Part shown: one piece after another, positions 49,601 through 62,000 of the stretch | Numbering within the stretch: position 1 is the stretch's first letter | How the letters are laid out: every line of letters starts with the position of its first letter | Origin: Balanoglossus misakiensis | Lineage: Eukaryota > Animalia > Hemichordata | Direction of reading: 5' to 3' | Length of the DNA stretch: 64,000 nucleotides | NCBI GenBank assembly: GCA_040954595.2 | Contig: CM082593.2 | Coordinates: 8,096,043-8,160,042 of the forward strand | Made by a program: the position numbers and the translations under genes | Notes under the pieces: model-generated | Told to the model about the DNA's origin: nothing | Seen by the model: only the letters and a program-made list of their open reading frames with translations | The model's database searches: none

Positions 49601-52600
49601 AAATTCTTCAAAAATCGACGATTTTTCGACTTTGCGAATTTTCTAAATTTCTTCATTTCTTGACAAAAACCATGGGTTATAGCTCATGAAAATCTTCAAA
49701 AATCGACGATTTTTCGACTTTGCGAATTTTCAAAATTTCTTCATTTCTTGACAAAAACCATGGGTTATAGCTCATGAAAATCTTCAAAAAGCGACGATTT
49801 TTCGACTTTGCGAATTTTCAAAATTTCTTCATTTCTTGACAAAAACCATGGGTTATAGCTCATGAAAATCTTCAAAAAGCGACGATTTTTCGACTTTGCG
49901 AATTTTCACAATTTCTTCATTTCTTGACAAAAACCATGGGTTATAGCTCATGAAAATCTTCAAAAAGCGACGATTTTTCGACTTTGCGAATTTTCAAAAT
50001 TTCTTCATTTCTTGACAAAAACCATGGGTTATAGCTCATGAAAATCTTCAAAAATCGACGATTTTTCGACTTTGCGAATTTTCAAAATTTCTTCATTTCT
50101 TGACAAAAACCATGGGTTATAGCTCATGAAAATCTTCAAAAAGCGTCGATTTTTCGACTTTGCGAATTTTCAAAATTTCTTCATTTCTTGACAAAAACCA
50201 TGGGTTATAGCTCATGAAAATCTTCAAAAAGCGACGATTTTTCGACTTTGCGAATTTTCAAAATTTCTTCATTTCTTGACAAAAACCATGGGTTATAGCT
50301 CATGAAAATCTTCAAAAAGCGACGATTTTTCGACTTTGCGAATTTTCAAAATTTCTTCATTTCTTGACAAAAACCATGGGTTATAGCTCATGAAAATGTT
50401 CAAAAATCGACGATTTTTCGACTTTGCGAATTTTCTAAATTTCTTCATTTCTTGACAAAAACCATGGGTTATAGCTCATGAAAATCTTCAAAAATCGACG
50501 ATTTTTCGACTTTGCGAAATTTCAAAATGTCTTCATTTCTTGACAAAAACCATGGGTTATAGCTCATGAAAATCTTCAAAAAGCGACGATTTTTCGACTT
50601 TGCGAATTTTCAAAATTTCTTCATTTCTAGACAAAAACCATGGGTTATAGCTCATGAAAATCTTCAAAAAGCGACGATTTTTCGACTTTGCGAATTTTCA
50701 AAATTTCTTCATTTCTTGACAAAAACCATGGGTTATAGCTCATGAAAATCTTCAAAAATCGACGATTTTTCGACTTTGCGAATTTTCAAAATTTCTTCAT
50801 TTCTTGACAAAAACCATGGGTTATAGCTCATGAAAATCTTCAAAAATCGACGATTTTTCGACTTTGCGAATTTTCAAAATTTCTTCATTTCTTGACAAAA
50901 ACCATGGGTTATAGCTCATGAAAATCTTCAAAAATCGACGATTTTTCGACTTTGCGAATTTTCAAAATTTCTTCATTTCTTGACAAAAACCATGGGTTAT
51001 AGCTCATGAAAATCTTCAAAAATCGACGATTTTTCGACTTTGCGAATTTTCAAAATTTCTTCATTTCTTGACAAAAACCATGGGTTATAGCTCATGAAAA
51101 TCTTCAAAAATCGACGATTTTTCGACTTTGCGAATTTTCAAAATTTCTTCATTTCTTGACAAAAACCATGGGTTATAGCTCATGAAAATCTTCAAAAATC
51201 GACGATTTTTCGACTTTGCGAATTTTCAAAATTTCTTCATTTCTTGACAAAAACCATGGGTTATAGCTCATGAAAATCTTCAAAAATCGACGATTTTTCG
51301 ACTTTGCGAATTTTCAAAATTTCTTCATTTCTTGACAAAAACCATGGGTTATAGCTCATGAAAATCTTCAAAAATCGACGATTTTTCGACTTTGCGAATT
51401 TTCAAAATTTCTTCATTTCTTGACAAAAACCATGGGTTATAGCTCATGAAAATCTTCAAAAATCGACGATTTTTCGACTTTGCGAATTTTCAAAATTTCT
51501 TCATTTCTTGACAAAAACCATGGGTTATAGCTCATGAAATTCTTCAAAAATCGACGATTTTTCGACTTTGCGAATTTTCTAAATTTCTTCATTTCTTGAC
51601 AAAAACCATGGGTTATAGCTCATGAAATTCTTCAAAAATCGACGATTTTTCGACTTTGCGAATTTTCTAAATTTCTTCATTTCTTGACAAAAACCATGGG
51701 TTATAGCTCATGAAAATCTTCAAAAAGCGACGATTTTCGACTTTGCGAATTTTCAAAATTTCTTCATTTCTTGACAAAAACCATGGGTTATAGCTCATGA
51801 AAATCTTCAAAAAGCGACGATTTTTCGACTTTGCGAATTTTCAAAATTTCTTCATTTCTTGACAAAAACCATGGGTTATAGCTCATGAAAATCTTCAAAA
51901 ATCGACGATTTTTCGACTTTGCGAATTTTCAAAATTTCTTCATTTCTTGACAAAAACCATGGGTTATAGCTCATGAAAATCTTCAAAAATCGACGATTTT
52001 TCGACTTTGCGAATTTTCAAAATTTCTTCATTTCTTGACAAAAACCATGGGTTATAGCTCATGAAAATCTTCAATAATCGACGATTTTTCGACTTCGCGA
52101 ATTTTCAAAATTTCTTCATTTCTTGACAAAAACCATGGGTTAGGCTGCATTCACAAACACCTCTGGAGGGGGGGGGGGCGGGAGAATTCAATTTTTTTTA
52201 CCGCTAATTTTCACATGCCCCCCTTCCGAACTGCCAATATTTTCAAATCCCCCCCCCTTCCGAACTGCCAAAATTTTGAAATCCCCCCCCCCCCCCATTT
52301 TCTTTTACAGAGCAAAACACATCACCTATCTATCTTGTAAAAAGAAAAACAGCGCTCCTATGAAAAGAATTTGAAAGTGATGTTTCCCCTCATCAGTGGG
52401 TATTAAAACTGAACATTGTTTTTATTTTTTAAGTACATATATTTGTATTCTGTGTTGGGAGACATTGTAAACCGAGAATTGAAGGGGGTGGGTTTGGGAG
52501 GGGGTGTCCCCCTCCCTCGTAAGAAAATTTTCTAAAATACAGAGCTCAAAGCTGCATTTTAATGAACCCGGCAAAAGCAAATTAACTCAACTACCGGTAT

Positions 52601-53040
52601 GTTGGGGAGGACAAATTTAACCCTCGCCGCTCAAAGTTATCATGGGGTGGGGCAAGTCCCCTGACCTGGGACACTAGATAAACCAGTCAATGATTGAAAG
52701 GTGTTGATGAATGGAGGGGGTGGGTGTGGGAGGGGGTGTCCCCCTCCCACATTAGAAAATTTTGTAAAATAAAGGGCGCGAAACTGCATTTTTGTGGACT
52801 CAAAATAAATATTTAGTCGTTAAAGTTTTCAAGTCCCCCCCTTTCAGTCCCTAAATTATTTCAAATCCCCCCCTTACATACCCTCAATTTTTTCAAATCC
52901 CCCCCCTCAATTCTCCTGCCCCCCCCCCCCTCCAGAGGTGTTTGTGAATGCAGCCTTATAGCTCATGAAAATCTTCAAAAATCGACGATTTTTCGACTTT
53001 GCGAATTTTCAAAATGTCTTCATTTTTTGAAAAAAATCAT
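40670..53040. repeat. 88-bp satellite DNA array, ~130 head-to-tail copies
   Basis: Monomer TCATGAAAATCTTCAAAAA(G/T)CGACGATTTTTCGACTTTGCGAATTTTCAAAATTTCTTCATTTCTTGACAAAAACCATGGGTTATAGC; period measured 41081 to 41169 = 88; very few variants; one more monomer follows the MITE at 52956-53040. Confidence 0.99.
52143..52955. mobile_element. 813-bp PIF/Harbinger-type MITE inserted in the satellite
   Basis: TIR GGCTGCATTCACAAACACCTCTGGAGGGGGGGGGGG and its reverse complement at the ends; TTA target duplication (52140-52142, 52956-52958) of the satellite GGGTTATAGC site; no ORF. Confidence 0.93.
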
Positions 53041-53121
53041 CTTACCGTTATGTTGTGATATTTTATTTCACTGTAAGTCTAGATTTGGCTTGTGTTCATA
53101 TGGGTAACTAATGTTTTAGTG

Positions 53122-53523
53122 ATGTATGTATGTATGTATGTATGTATGTATGTATGTATGTATGTATGTATGTATGTATGTATGTATGTATGTATGTATG
53201 TATGTATGTATGCATGTATGTATTGTGCATGTATGTATGTATGTGTGTGTATGTATGTATGTATGTACAGTATGTATGTATGTATGTATGTATGTATGTA
53301 TGTATGTATGTATGTATGTATGTATGTATGTATGTATGTATGTATGTATGTATGTATGTATGTATGTATGTATGTATGTATGTATGTATGTATGTATGTA
53401 TGTATGTATGTATGTATGTACAGTATGTATGTACAGTATGTATGTATGTATGTATGTATGTATGTATGTATGTATGTATGTATGTATGTATTTATGTATG
53501 TATATATGTATGTATGTATGTAT
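53122..53523. repeat. (TATG)n microsatellite
   Basis: Directly visible, with occasional interruptions. Confidence 0.98.
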
Positions 53524-54274
53524 CATTATGTATAGGTAATTACGCAAAGCAATACACATACATATATATTAAAATGCAATGTTAACTGTGAAATATTGCA
53601 CTTTGACGGTTGAGGGCAGTAATCATTATATTTGATTAACCTGCTTCCCAAAACCAATTCTGCCACCGGCTGAAATATGCTTAAATATAGAGATATGTAA
53701 TATAAAAAATCTTCACCGTCCAGGTACTTTTATATAAAGTCCAATATTTTTATTGCTAATTAAAAATAGGACAACTGTCTTGAATGTTGGCATTTACAAG
53801 GCTAATTATCTATCTACAATACTCACGGAACAAAAATCAAAACCTACAAACCACTTCCATGATGATCATGCTTAGTTCACACAATAAAATGACAGAATTG
53901 ACGGACATTGTCCAATGAGAGAATATGCCATTCCTCTCACCAGAATACAAAATCCCATCCCAACATAGAATGGGTCAAACCATTTGTAATTTATGGGGAG
54001 GAAAGGAGATGTGATTGTAGAAAGTAAAATAATGCTATACCCTGAATCATTCATTGCATGATGGTCTTTAACTATGAAAGAAAGAAAGAATGTATCAATA
54101 TCTTTTACCATAATTATTTCTACTACAGAATGTCAGCTATTATATTTCTACAAGCATGTGTCAAATAAGCAAAATATATGTACATACATCATGTGCATTA
54201 GATTTCTGACAAAGGCAAATTCATTGAAATAATGAACAGTTTTTAAATGTAACTAAGTATGAGTGATCAGCAAT

Positions 54275-54428
54275 TTAACCCCTTCATTACCATCAGCCAT
54301 GTAACCCTGTATATGAAACAAACTACAGATTTTTATTAATTTTCGCTAGAATTATCTTGCGTGCAAGGTATACAGCAATTAATAGTTGTGCCGGAAATTT
54401 CCAGCACTCTAGGTAGTCAAGGGGTTAA
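54275..54428. mobile_element. piggyBac-like MITE (TTAA-CCCCTT...AAGGGG-TTAA)
   Basis: Short TIRs with TTAA at both ends. Confidence 0.6.
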
Positions 54429-54883
54429 TTCTAATTTAAAAATTTGATGTGAATGTAGATAATTCATATAACAGTCTTTCCAAATCATTTCACTGTTTGT
54501 CATTTATTAAGTTTTATTTGGAGTGATATTTTAAAAACTACACGCAATAAGTGTATACTCAATGTCTTGTGTTCAGGAAATTATAACATTTGCGCATGGA
54601 TTTATAAAATAAAATTTGGAATGACAGATATCTTGGTGGAAGCCTTCTTCAGAATTTCTAAATGCTGCTATAAGAAGCAGCAAATCTTCCCATCTCTCCA
54701 TTGACTTGAGTGCTGGTAATTTCCGGCACAATTCTTTGGCCATTTACATTGATTGGAATTTAGAGTTCATAAAAACAACACAAAACATGGGCTTACACAT
54801 GAATACTACTGCCACTTAGTCTCAGTTACCTAGACTCCTCTGATTCTCCCGCTGCACTCTAGAAAGAGGGTCTGGGGAAATAC

Positions 54884-55133
54884 CATAGAAAAATCTCCGG
54901 GCAAAGATGGCCGACTCGAGGCAAAAGCAATGCATGATGGTCGACATTTATGACATTTGATATTATGATATGACGATGTTAGAAAACTATTTACCAAACT
55001 TCTCTCTCTCTCTTCAATTTGTAGACAGTTTGAGCAGGTCCAGCAATTCTCAGCATGTTTATGTTTGAGGCTGCAACCATCATGCATCGCTTTTGTCTCA
55101 AGTCGGCCATCTTTGCCCAGAGATTTTTCTATG
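54884..55133. mobile_element. 250-bp MITE with ~55-bp TIRs (CATAG...CTATG)
   Basis: CATAGAAAAATCTCCGGGCAAAGATGGCCGAC... and ...GTCGGCCATCTTTGCCCAGAGATTTTTCTATG. Confidence 0.78.
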
Positions 55134-55621
55134 ATATCTTTCAATCCAAACCACTATTTGAGATTCTGATTTCTATAGAATAATTTACGCCAAAAGGGCA
55201 ATGTTACTATGCAGTATTTCTAATTTGTTGAGAACAGAGTGACCATTAACAGCTTTCCAAATAACAGGTCAGTTTCTTAAGTTCACATTTTCATTCATTT
55301 AATGTAAATTTACCTCACTTTTTTCCATATTTTTCTAGGTCAAAAAATAAGGTTAAAATTTTAAAATCAAAATTTGGTCAAGATTTCAGCAATATCTTTA
55401 AAAATTAGAGGTTTTTGTGAATATATGAATATGACCTTTTTACTTCGGAAGACATTCCATTCAAAATTCGAAACCATGGAAATATGGAAATCTCATTTGT
55501 ATATCAAATAAATGGTTTACATTGTGTCATCTAGACAATAATAACAGCTCACCATGATTTTTGTGATTGTAATGGAAGAACTTCCATGAAAAGACATTGC
55601 TAATAATGTCAGTGTGGTGTG

Positions 55622-55714
55622 TTAACCCTTTCATCCCCAGTTCCCTCTTTAGAGATCCAACTTGACCACAGGAAACAATGGGTTTGGACTGGACCATTAT
55701 GGTGAAAGGGTTAA
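55622..55714. mobile_element. MITE family C copy, inverted
   Basis: TTAACCCTTTCATCCCCAG...GGTGAAAGGGTTAA. Confidence 0.82.
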
Positions 55715-55841
55715 GAACTACAATACAGCTGCCTGAAAGATGTGATGGTCCATGTCTTGGTGTTAGTTTATCACTATCATTAGACATGCAACACTTGGCA
55801 AGAAAAATGTGAAAAATGTATGATGGCAAAACAGTACAAAT

Positions 55842-56095
55842 CGGTCTGGTCCCCTGCCCCATTCCCACCGCTGGCTGCACTACGCTAAAAGGAAAGGGGT
55901 CAGGTACGAGCCGCCATCTTGGCCAGAAACCTGGCCCGCATATTATAATGAAACGAAGACCACGTGATCATAAACAGGATGGATGCCTCCAATGTCCGTA
56001 CGGCAATGAGAGCAATGTTTACAAAAGCCCGTGCCTGACCCTTTCCCTTAAGAGTAGTGCAGCCAGCGGTGGGAATAGGGAAGGGGGCCAGACTA
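55842..56095. mobile_element. 254-bp long-TIR element with 9-bp TSD
   Basis: ~85-bp imperfect TIRs (GTCTGGTCCC...CCCACCGCTGGCTGCACTAC / GTAGTGCAGCCAGCGGTGGG...CCAGACTA); AGTACAAAT at 55833-55841 and 56096-56104. Confidence 0.85.
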
Positions 56096-56696
56096 AGTAC
56101 AAATGTACTTTGAAACAATTTTGTAAAAATGATCAATGATAACTGTGCCAGGCAAATTGCTTCGCCGACCATTATCAGACAAATGGGGAGAATTATTTAT
56201 GGATTCCTACAATAAACAAACCAAAAAGGTTTAAAATTTCACACAAAAAAGACCATGATAGCAAAATATTGAAATACAACAGTCTCCAACACCCCCCCCC
56301 CTCCCCAAATCATGAAGTGCTGTGTTTGGCTTCCCCCATCAACATGTAACCAGAGTTCATGCACATAATTCCCCAAAATTTCGAGAACTAAGCCAGGAAT
56401 TCATTTATCCTGATCCTGAAATGACATTTTCAAGGTGTTTTTATGCAGTACTGCATGAAAAATGTGTATTTATAACACTCACATCAACAAATGTTTTGGG
56501 AGAGCATGATTGCAACTGGTTGCTCAATCATCCATTTTCCAAGACCTTCCAGGGGTATATTTCATTTTGACCAGAATTACAAAGAACCAGTGGATCTTCT
56601 GAACCATGATATTAAAATGATTACAAGCCCTGTTCCCTGTAAGGTTTCGAGAGGGTGCACAAATTTGGTTTTGGTGTCCAGAGGCAGGGTATCCCC

Positions 56697-56868
56697 TAGA
56701 CTCTCTCACAGCCCCTCTCGCTGCCCATGCAGGCTTATAGTCTGATTGCATGTGTGTCCGGCGAGAGGTTCGCTACACAACACCAAACGGTGCTTCTCCC
56801 TTGCCAAACGGTTGAGGGCGCATCAGTGAAGAGCCTTGTTGTAGCGAACCGTGAGCTGTGAGAGTCTA
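56697..56868. mobile_element. 172-bp non-autonomous element with TAG...CTA termini and 9-bp TSD (AcademH-like)
   Basis: TAGACTCTCTCACAGC...GCTGTGAGAGTCTA flanked by GGTATCCCC at 56688-56696 and 56869-56877; second copy at 63220-63396. Confidence 0.85.
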
Positions 56869-58932
56869 GGTATCCCCCTCCTTTTGGCCATTAGACTGGA
56901 AATGAAAACGAGAATCTGTTCGTTCGTATTTCAACTCAAATCTCACACCTGCAAGTTAATCCAGTTAGTCTTGATTTCAACATCAGAAGTTGTGAGTCTG
57001 ATTTCGAGCCAAGATTTCAATCACTGAATGTAATCACTGAAATGTAATGACCAGAAATAAAGTAAAGCAAAAATGTGATAGCAGGGTGTGTGATACTGAA
57101 TAAACCAGTGCACAAATAAACCTTAGCAGGAACAAAGCATACAAGAAACAATCAAAGTAATTTTCTGAATAGGAAGTGATAATACATTTCAGCACTAAAT
57201 ATATTCCAATACATCTGTTCTGTGAATGCTTCCTAGTTTCTTTGAATGCATATATTTACAACCAAAAACAAAAAAATATGTCAGCTTCTGTAGAAACCTT
57301 GATTTCCACAAATACAAGTTTGCTCAACATAAAACAGAAAGTGGAAACAAATCAACGTAATGTGATGAGACCTGTCATTCATTAAGCTTCCTTATTTCGA
57401 AATATTTTTTTTCAGCATTCATACCAGGCTAATGTACAACTAACTACACATCTACAATTCCATTAAGCTAACTACTAATTGATGATATCCCATAGGGCAA
57501 TTTTAGCACCCTGTTTAACTATGACACAATAAATTCATATAATCTACAGCTAAGATTATTTGGCTTCTGTTTGGTAATTATTTTATTATTTAACAATATT
57601 CGTTTAGTGTCATGACTGAATTGAACAGATGAAATATACAAAAGATTTTGCATTCGGAGATATTTTCTAACATGATCTGGTCAAATTGGCAAGAGTAACC
57701 GTCCTCTATCAGTACTCACTGACAATCTTACAAACAACTGTAGACAGACACAATCTGTCTAATTCAAGTCACCTTAAACATGTGCCAGGTCAAAAAAGTC
57801 TGTATTGTTTTTCATCTTTAAACTTGAAACATTTTCAGATTGAAGATAGAATAATACATTCCACTTGTATTTTCATCAAGGATAGTCTGACTATGAACAT
57901 ATGAAAATGGTGGAATCTGAGGGTTCAGTCCTACTTAAAATTTGCCTGTCAGATACAAGCACCCAACTGCATAAAATTCATCAATTTTCCATAAAAGTTT
58001 AAGCATGGATCCCCAACCTTGGAAGTTACAACACTGACAGCAATAATACATTTACAGTACATACTTTCACACAGCAAAAAATCATATATTTATACAAGAA
58101 ATTTATTTCATAAGTATTTTGGTTTTGTGAATCATGATATCATTGCATAAAAATATGAGTTATTGTCATATGCTGGTTAATTTTAATTCAGTTAATTTTA
58201 CGTATTTAAATTGATTTTGGATCCATTGTTTTGGCTGACTAGTTACTGCTTCAAACCTCTTTGTTAATTACACTGACATAAAAAATTATTCATCTTTAAG
58301 ATTAAAATTAAATATCAAAGCACATCCTTTCTCTAAGTGATAACAATTACAAGATTACTGGAAAAAAATCAATAAAAAGCCAAAGAAAGCAATTTAAAAT
58401 ATTCATCCTGGGAGGAAACTTTCACAAATTGTGTCTTTGGAATGCTTTCAATTCTTATTTAAACATGGCAGAATATTGTGCACATGTCAGAGCTATAATT
58501 ACCTGTCGGTTGAAGTTTTTTGGTTATACACTGAACATAGACTGAGATATATGTTGTGTGGGTTTTTTAAAAATTTAGTTTAGTGTTTTTGGTTCAGAAC
58601 ACAGATTTGAATGTTTTGTACAACCACCGAGGGATTAATTTGGTCACTGTTTAAGTTCCTCAACATCAAACAAAATGTACCATTGGGAAATTAATTAAAT
58701 ATCTAGTGTATGTACATCCTCCCTTTGTTAAAGGAGGCCCTCTACAGTGTCACTAAGGCAGTTCTTTTGTTTTTATGCAAGCCTGAACACAAAAACAAAG
58801 TAAACCATATCTTTGTAAATAACAGCTCCGGTCTTTCTGTTGAGTAATCTTCAGAAAGGCCGAGAGAGAGATCTTGGAGGTATTTCAGAAGCAGCCATTG
58901 CAATGGAACGAGGACATCTGCTCAATTGGGTC

Positions 58933-59031
58933 TTAAAAGTCTCTGTCCCAGCCACTGTGATCATCTGGAGGTGGGGGTTCGTCATCCTCAGGATAGTCGT
59001 CAAAGTTTGCAGTATCGGTTGGTGATCGCAC
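58933..59031 (-). CDS. PRKG1: PKG last coding exon ([32 protein letters not shown]-stop)
   Basis: Acceptor caatag; NFD motif and WDxDF terminus; TAA at 58935-58933. Confidence 0.96.
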   Translation of the reverse strand: MRSPTDTANFDDYPEDDEPPPPDDHSGWDRDF

Positions 59032-62000
59032 CTATTGTGGTGTGAAATGAAGAAATATTATGAATCAACTTTCAACCACACACAATTTCCATCTTGCTTG
59101 TAGACACGAAAGTGAAAAACTTGCCAAAATGAATTCACCATTTATTCATTTTGGACGAGTTTTTACTCTCGTATCCTACAAACGGGATGAAATTTGTGTG
59201 TGGCCGAACATTGATTCACTACATACACACATGTACAGTAACATAAACGGTGTCTTGTATCAAACATAATTAATTGAAAAAGGGTAGCGAGAGAGACTTT
59301 GTCCCTTCAAAGTTTCATTGTAAATGAAAACACGAGCTGAGTAAAGAGAAAAGTATAGACAAACTTACACTTGGGATAATTGGTGGTGTCACAGTTTTCT
59401 TGCGAAGTCCATCCCAGTTGAAGCCTTCAAACCACCTGTAAATGAAAATAAAAGTGTAATAAGTATTCATGAATTACATCCAAATAGCTCTTCACATCAT
59501 AAGAAATTCTACCAGTCCTACCAATAACTCCACTGAACAAATAAAATCATTCCGCGATACCATACAGTAGCATACATTCCACACAAAAATAAGTAGTTTA
59601 TAGAGCGTTACATATAAAGAAGAAAATTCCAAAGCTGAATTCAGAAATCTACTCTTTTCTCACTTGCCATTCTTTGTTTATTACTAATAGAGTTTCTATA
59701 AATACTGGTCAGAACTGCATGTGACCTGTGAAGTTCAGAAGTTATTTTCACTTGACATGAAGTATTAGGCCAAATAAAAAAATACGTGCTGTTCGGATTA
59801 CATGGTTTTCAAAAATTGGGTAGGTAGGTAGGGAAATTTTTTTATTTTGTGATTTATTTTTTATTTCTCTGGCCGCCAGTTTAGAAGAATGATGTCATAT
59901 TTCTTGCGTGATGCGCGCGATTTCATCATAGTTCTCGCGTGATTTGCGCAATTTTTATAAATTTTGTATATTTGACATCGTTATTTTTACTTCCGGGTTT
60001 ACGAAGCTCAAAAAAGTTTAGGGTCAGTGGGTTAAAATTATAGTAGGTCGGGTAATCGGAACAGCACATATTTTTTTTATTTTGGCCTTAGGTAATTTTT
60101 AAGGAAAGTGTCTTACTTATGTTTCTGAATGTCTTTGATACCATTCTTCTGATAACCAAGTCTTTCTGTAGGATTGTCCTTGCAGAGTCTCTTGATCATA
60201 TTGATAGCGTTCCTGGTCATTTTCCGTGGAAATTCCACCATATCCATTCCCTTGAGGATTAGATTGTAAGTCTTCATGGGATCAGCACCTGAAAATGGTG
60301 GGCTGGAATGGGGAAAGATGTCAATTTGGGTCAGATGTCTAAATTGTCGACACATTTCAGAAAATTCTGTAATCCATGCACACACATGAGTAACATTGCA
60401 GCTGCAATGGAAAAATATTTTGTATTTTTCTGAAACATTTGAGAAATACTAGTCAGAAATTTTCCCACAATGTTGAAAGGCCTTTTCCTCGATCCCAGGT
60501 CAGCACAATGAAGACAAACAAGGAAGTCTTTGTGTTAGCACGTAACTGTTTACTGGAAACGAAAGATTTGACCCACTGTTGAGCAAGGCCTTTAACCCTG
60601 TCACCACCATGGTTTGGTCCAAATCCATTGTTTTGTATGATAAAATTGGACCTCTATAGAGGGAACTGGGGGTGAAAGGGTTAGAAGAACTGTCTACTTT
60701 TTGCAAAGAGTTTCATCGAAAACTCACCTTCCTGTCAACAGTTCGTACATGAGAATACCCAGTGACCAGTAGTCAGCAGAAAGGTCATGACCTTTGTTGA
60801 GAATAATCTCAGGGGCCACATACTCTGGGGTTCCGCAAAAGGTCCACGTCTTGCGACCGAAACCTATCTTCTTGGCAAAACCAAAGTCAACCTGATAGGA
60901 AAAAATGCGAGGAGATAAAATGTGTTTCCAAGTATTTGCCAAATCTTGGACATGTACTGGCATATGAAGCAACCTGAGACAATGTCACTGCATACATGTC
61001 TACATGATAATTTTCATCAATTCTATTTCATGGGGAACTTGTATCTAAATGAGGACAAATTAATCTAAAAATCTAAGACAAATTTGTAGACTTCTAATGT
61101 ACTGGGGGTGGGGGTGGGTTCATAATCTAAGTTCAGTGCAAATACCAAAACATGAATGTACAAGAAAAACAAGATTTTCCTGACAACTTTATTTGCAACT
61201 TTTGACAAAAATTAACAGACAGCCATAACTAGCTAGTGCAACCCTATAGTCAAATTTTCAACATTTGATAAAATCCACACACCGCTACTGAAATAATTTA
61301 TCAACTTCTTACAATTGTCAAAATCAGGACAAACACATTTACATATTAATCATCCCAGTTGATTTAACACTGTGAAATCAATAAATCTGATGCTACCTAC
61401 CAATTTGGCGTAACCACGGTTATCCAGGAGGATATTCTCTGGCTTGAGATCTCGGTAGACAATTCCTTTGCTATGGAGGTAGGAAAGAGCTTCTAGACAA
61501 CAAGCAGTGTAAAATCTGGTGGTGTTGTCATCAAAGGAACCTCTGTCTCGGAGAATTGTCCACAGTTCTCCACCAAGACATACTTCTAATAGCATGTATA
61601 AGTATTTACTATCTTTGAATGTTCTGTAACATCTAGAAGAGATAAAACACATGGATTTTTTATCAGAGAACTCAATTCATGAGTAAGTATGGTACTTGTA
61701 ACTGTATTTTTTTCAAGTTTCATCCTGTATACCGTGTGTAATTTCTTATTCAATTCACAACCAACTTAAATCAACTTGCACATGTACTTTCAATTTACGC
61801 TCAGTTTAACTGAAATCATTCGAGGCATGTGTGAGAAATAGCTTCAGACATGAAAAATCATTTCAAAATGGCTGCCTGCATGGCGACCATATTAGATCAT
61901 ACTACAACAGATATTGATGATATCTGTATGAAGTTGAAAAGGTGTCAGTAGATACACAACAAAAATACCGAAAACAGAGTAAAAAGTTATAGCTAATGGA

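Noticed and set aside
40670-53040. CRISPR-like array
   Set aside because: Monomers are head-to-tail with no unique spacers, there are no cas genes, and the context is eukaryotic and intron-rich.
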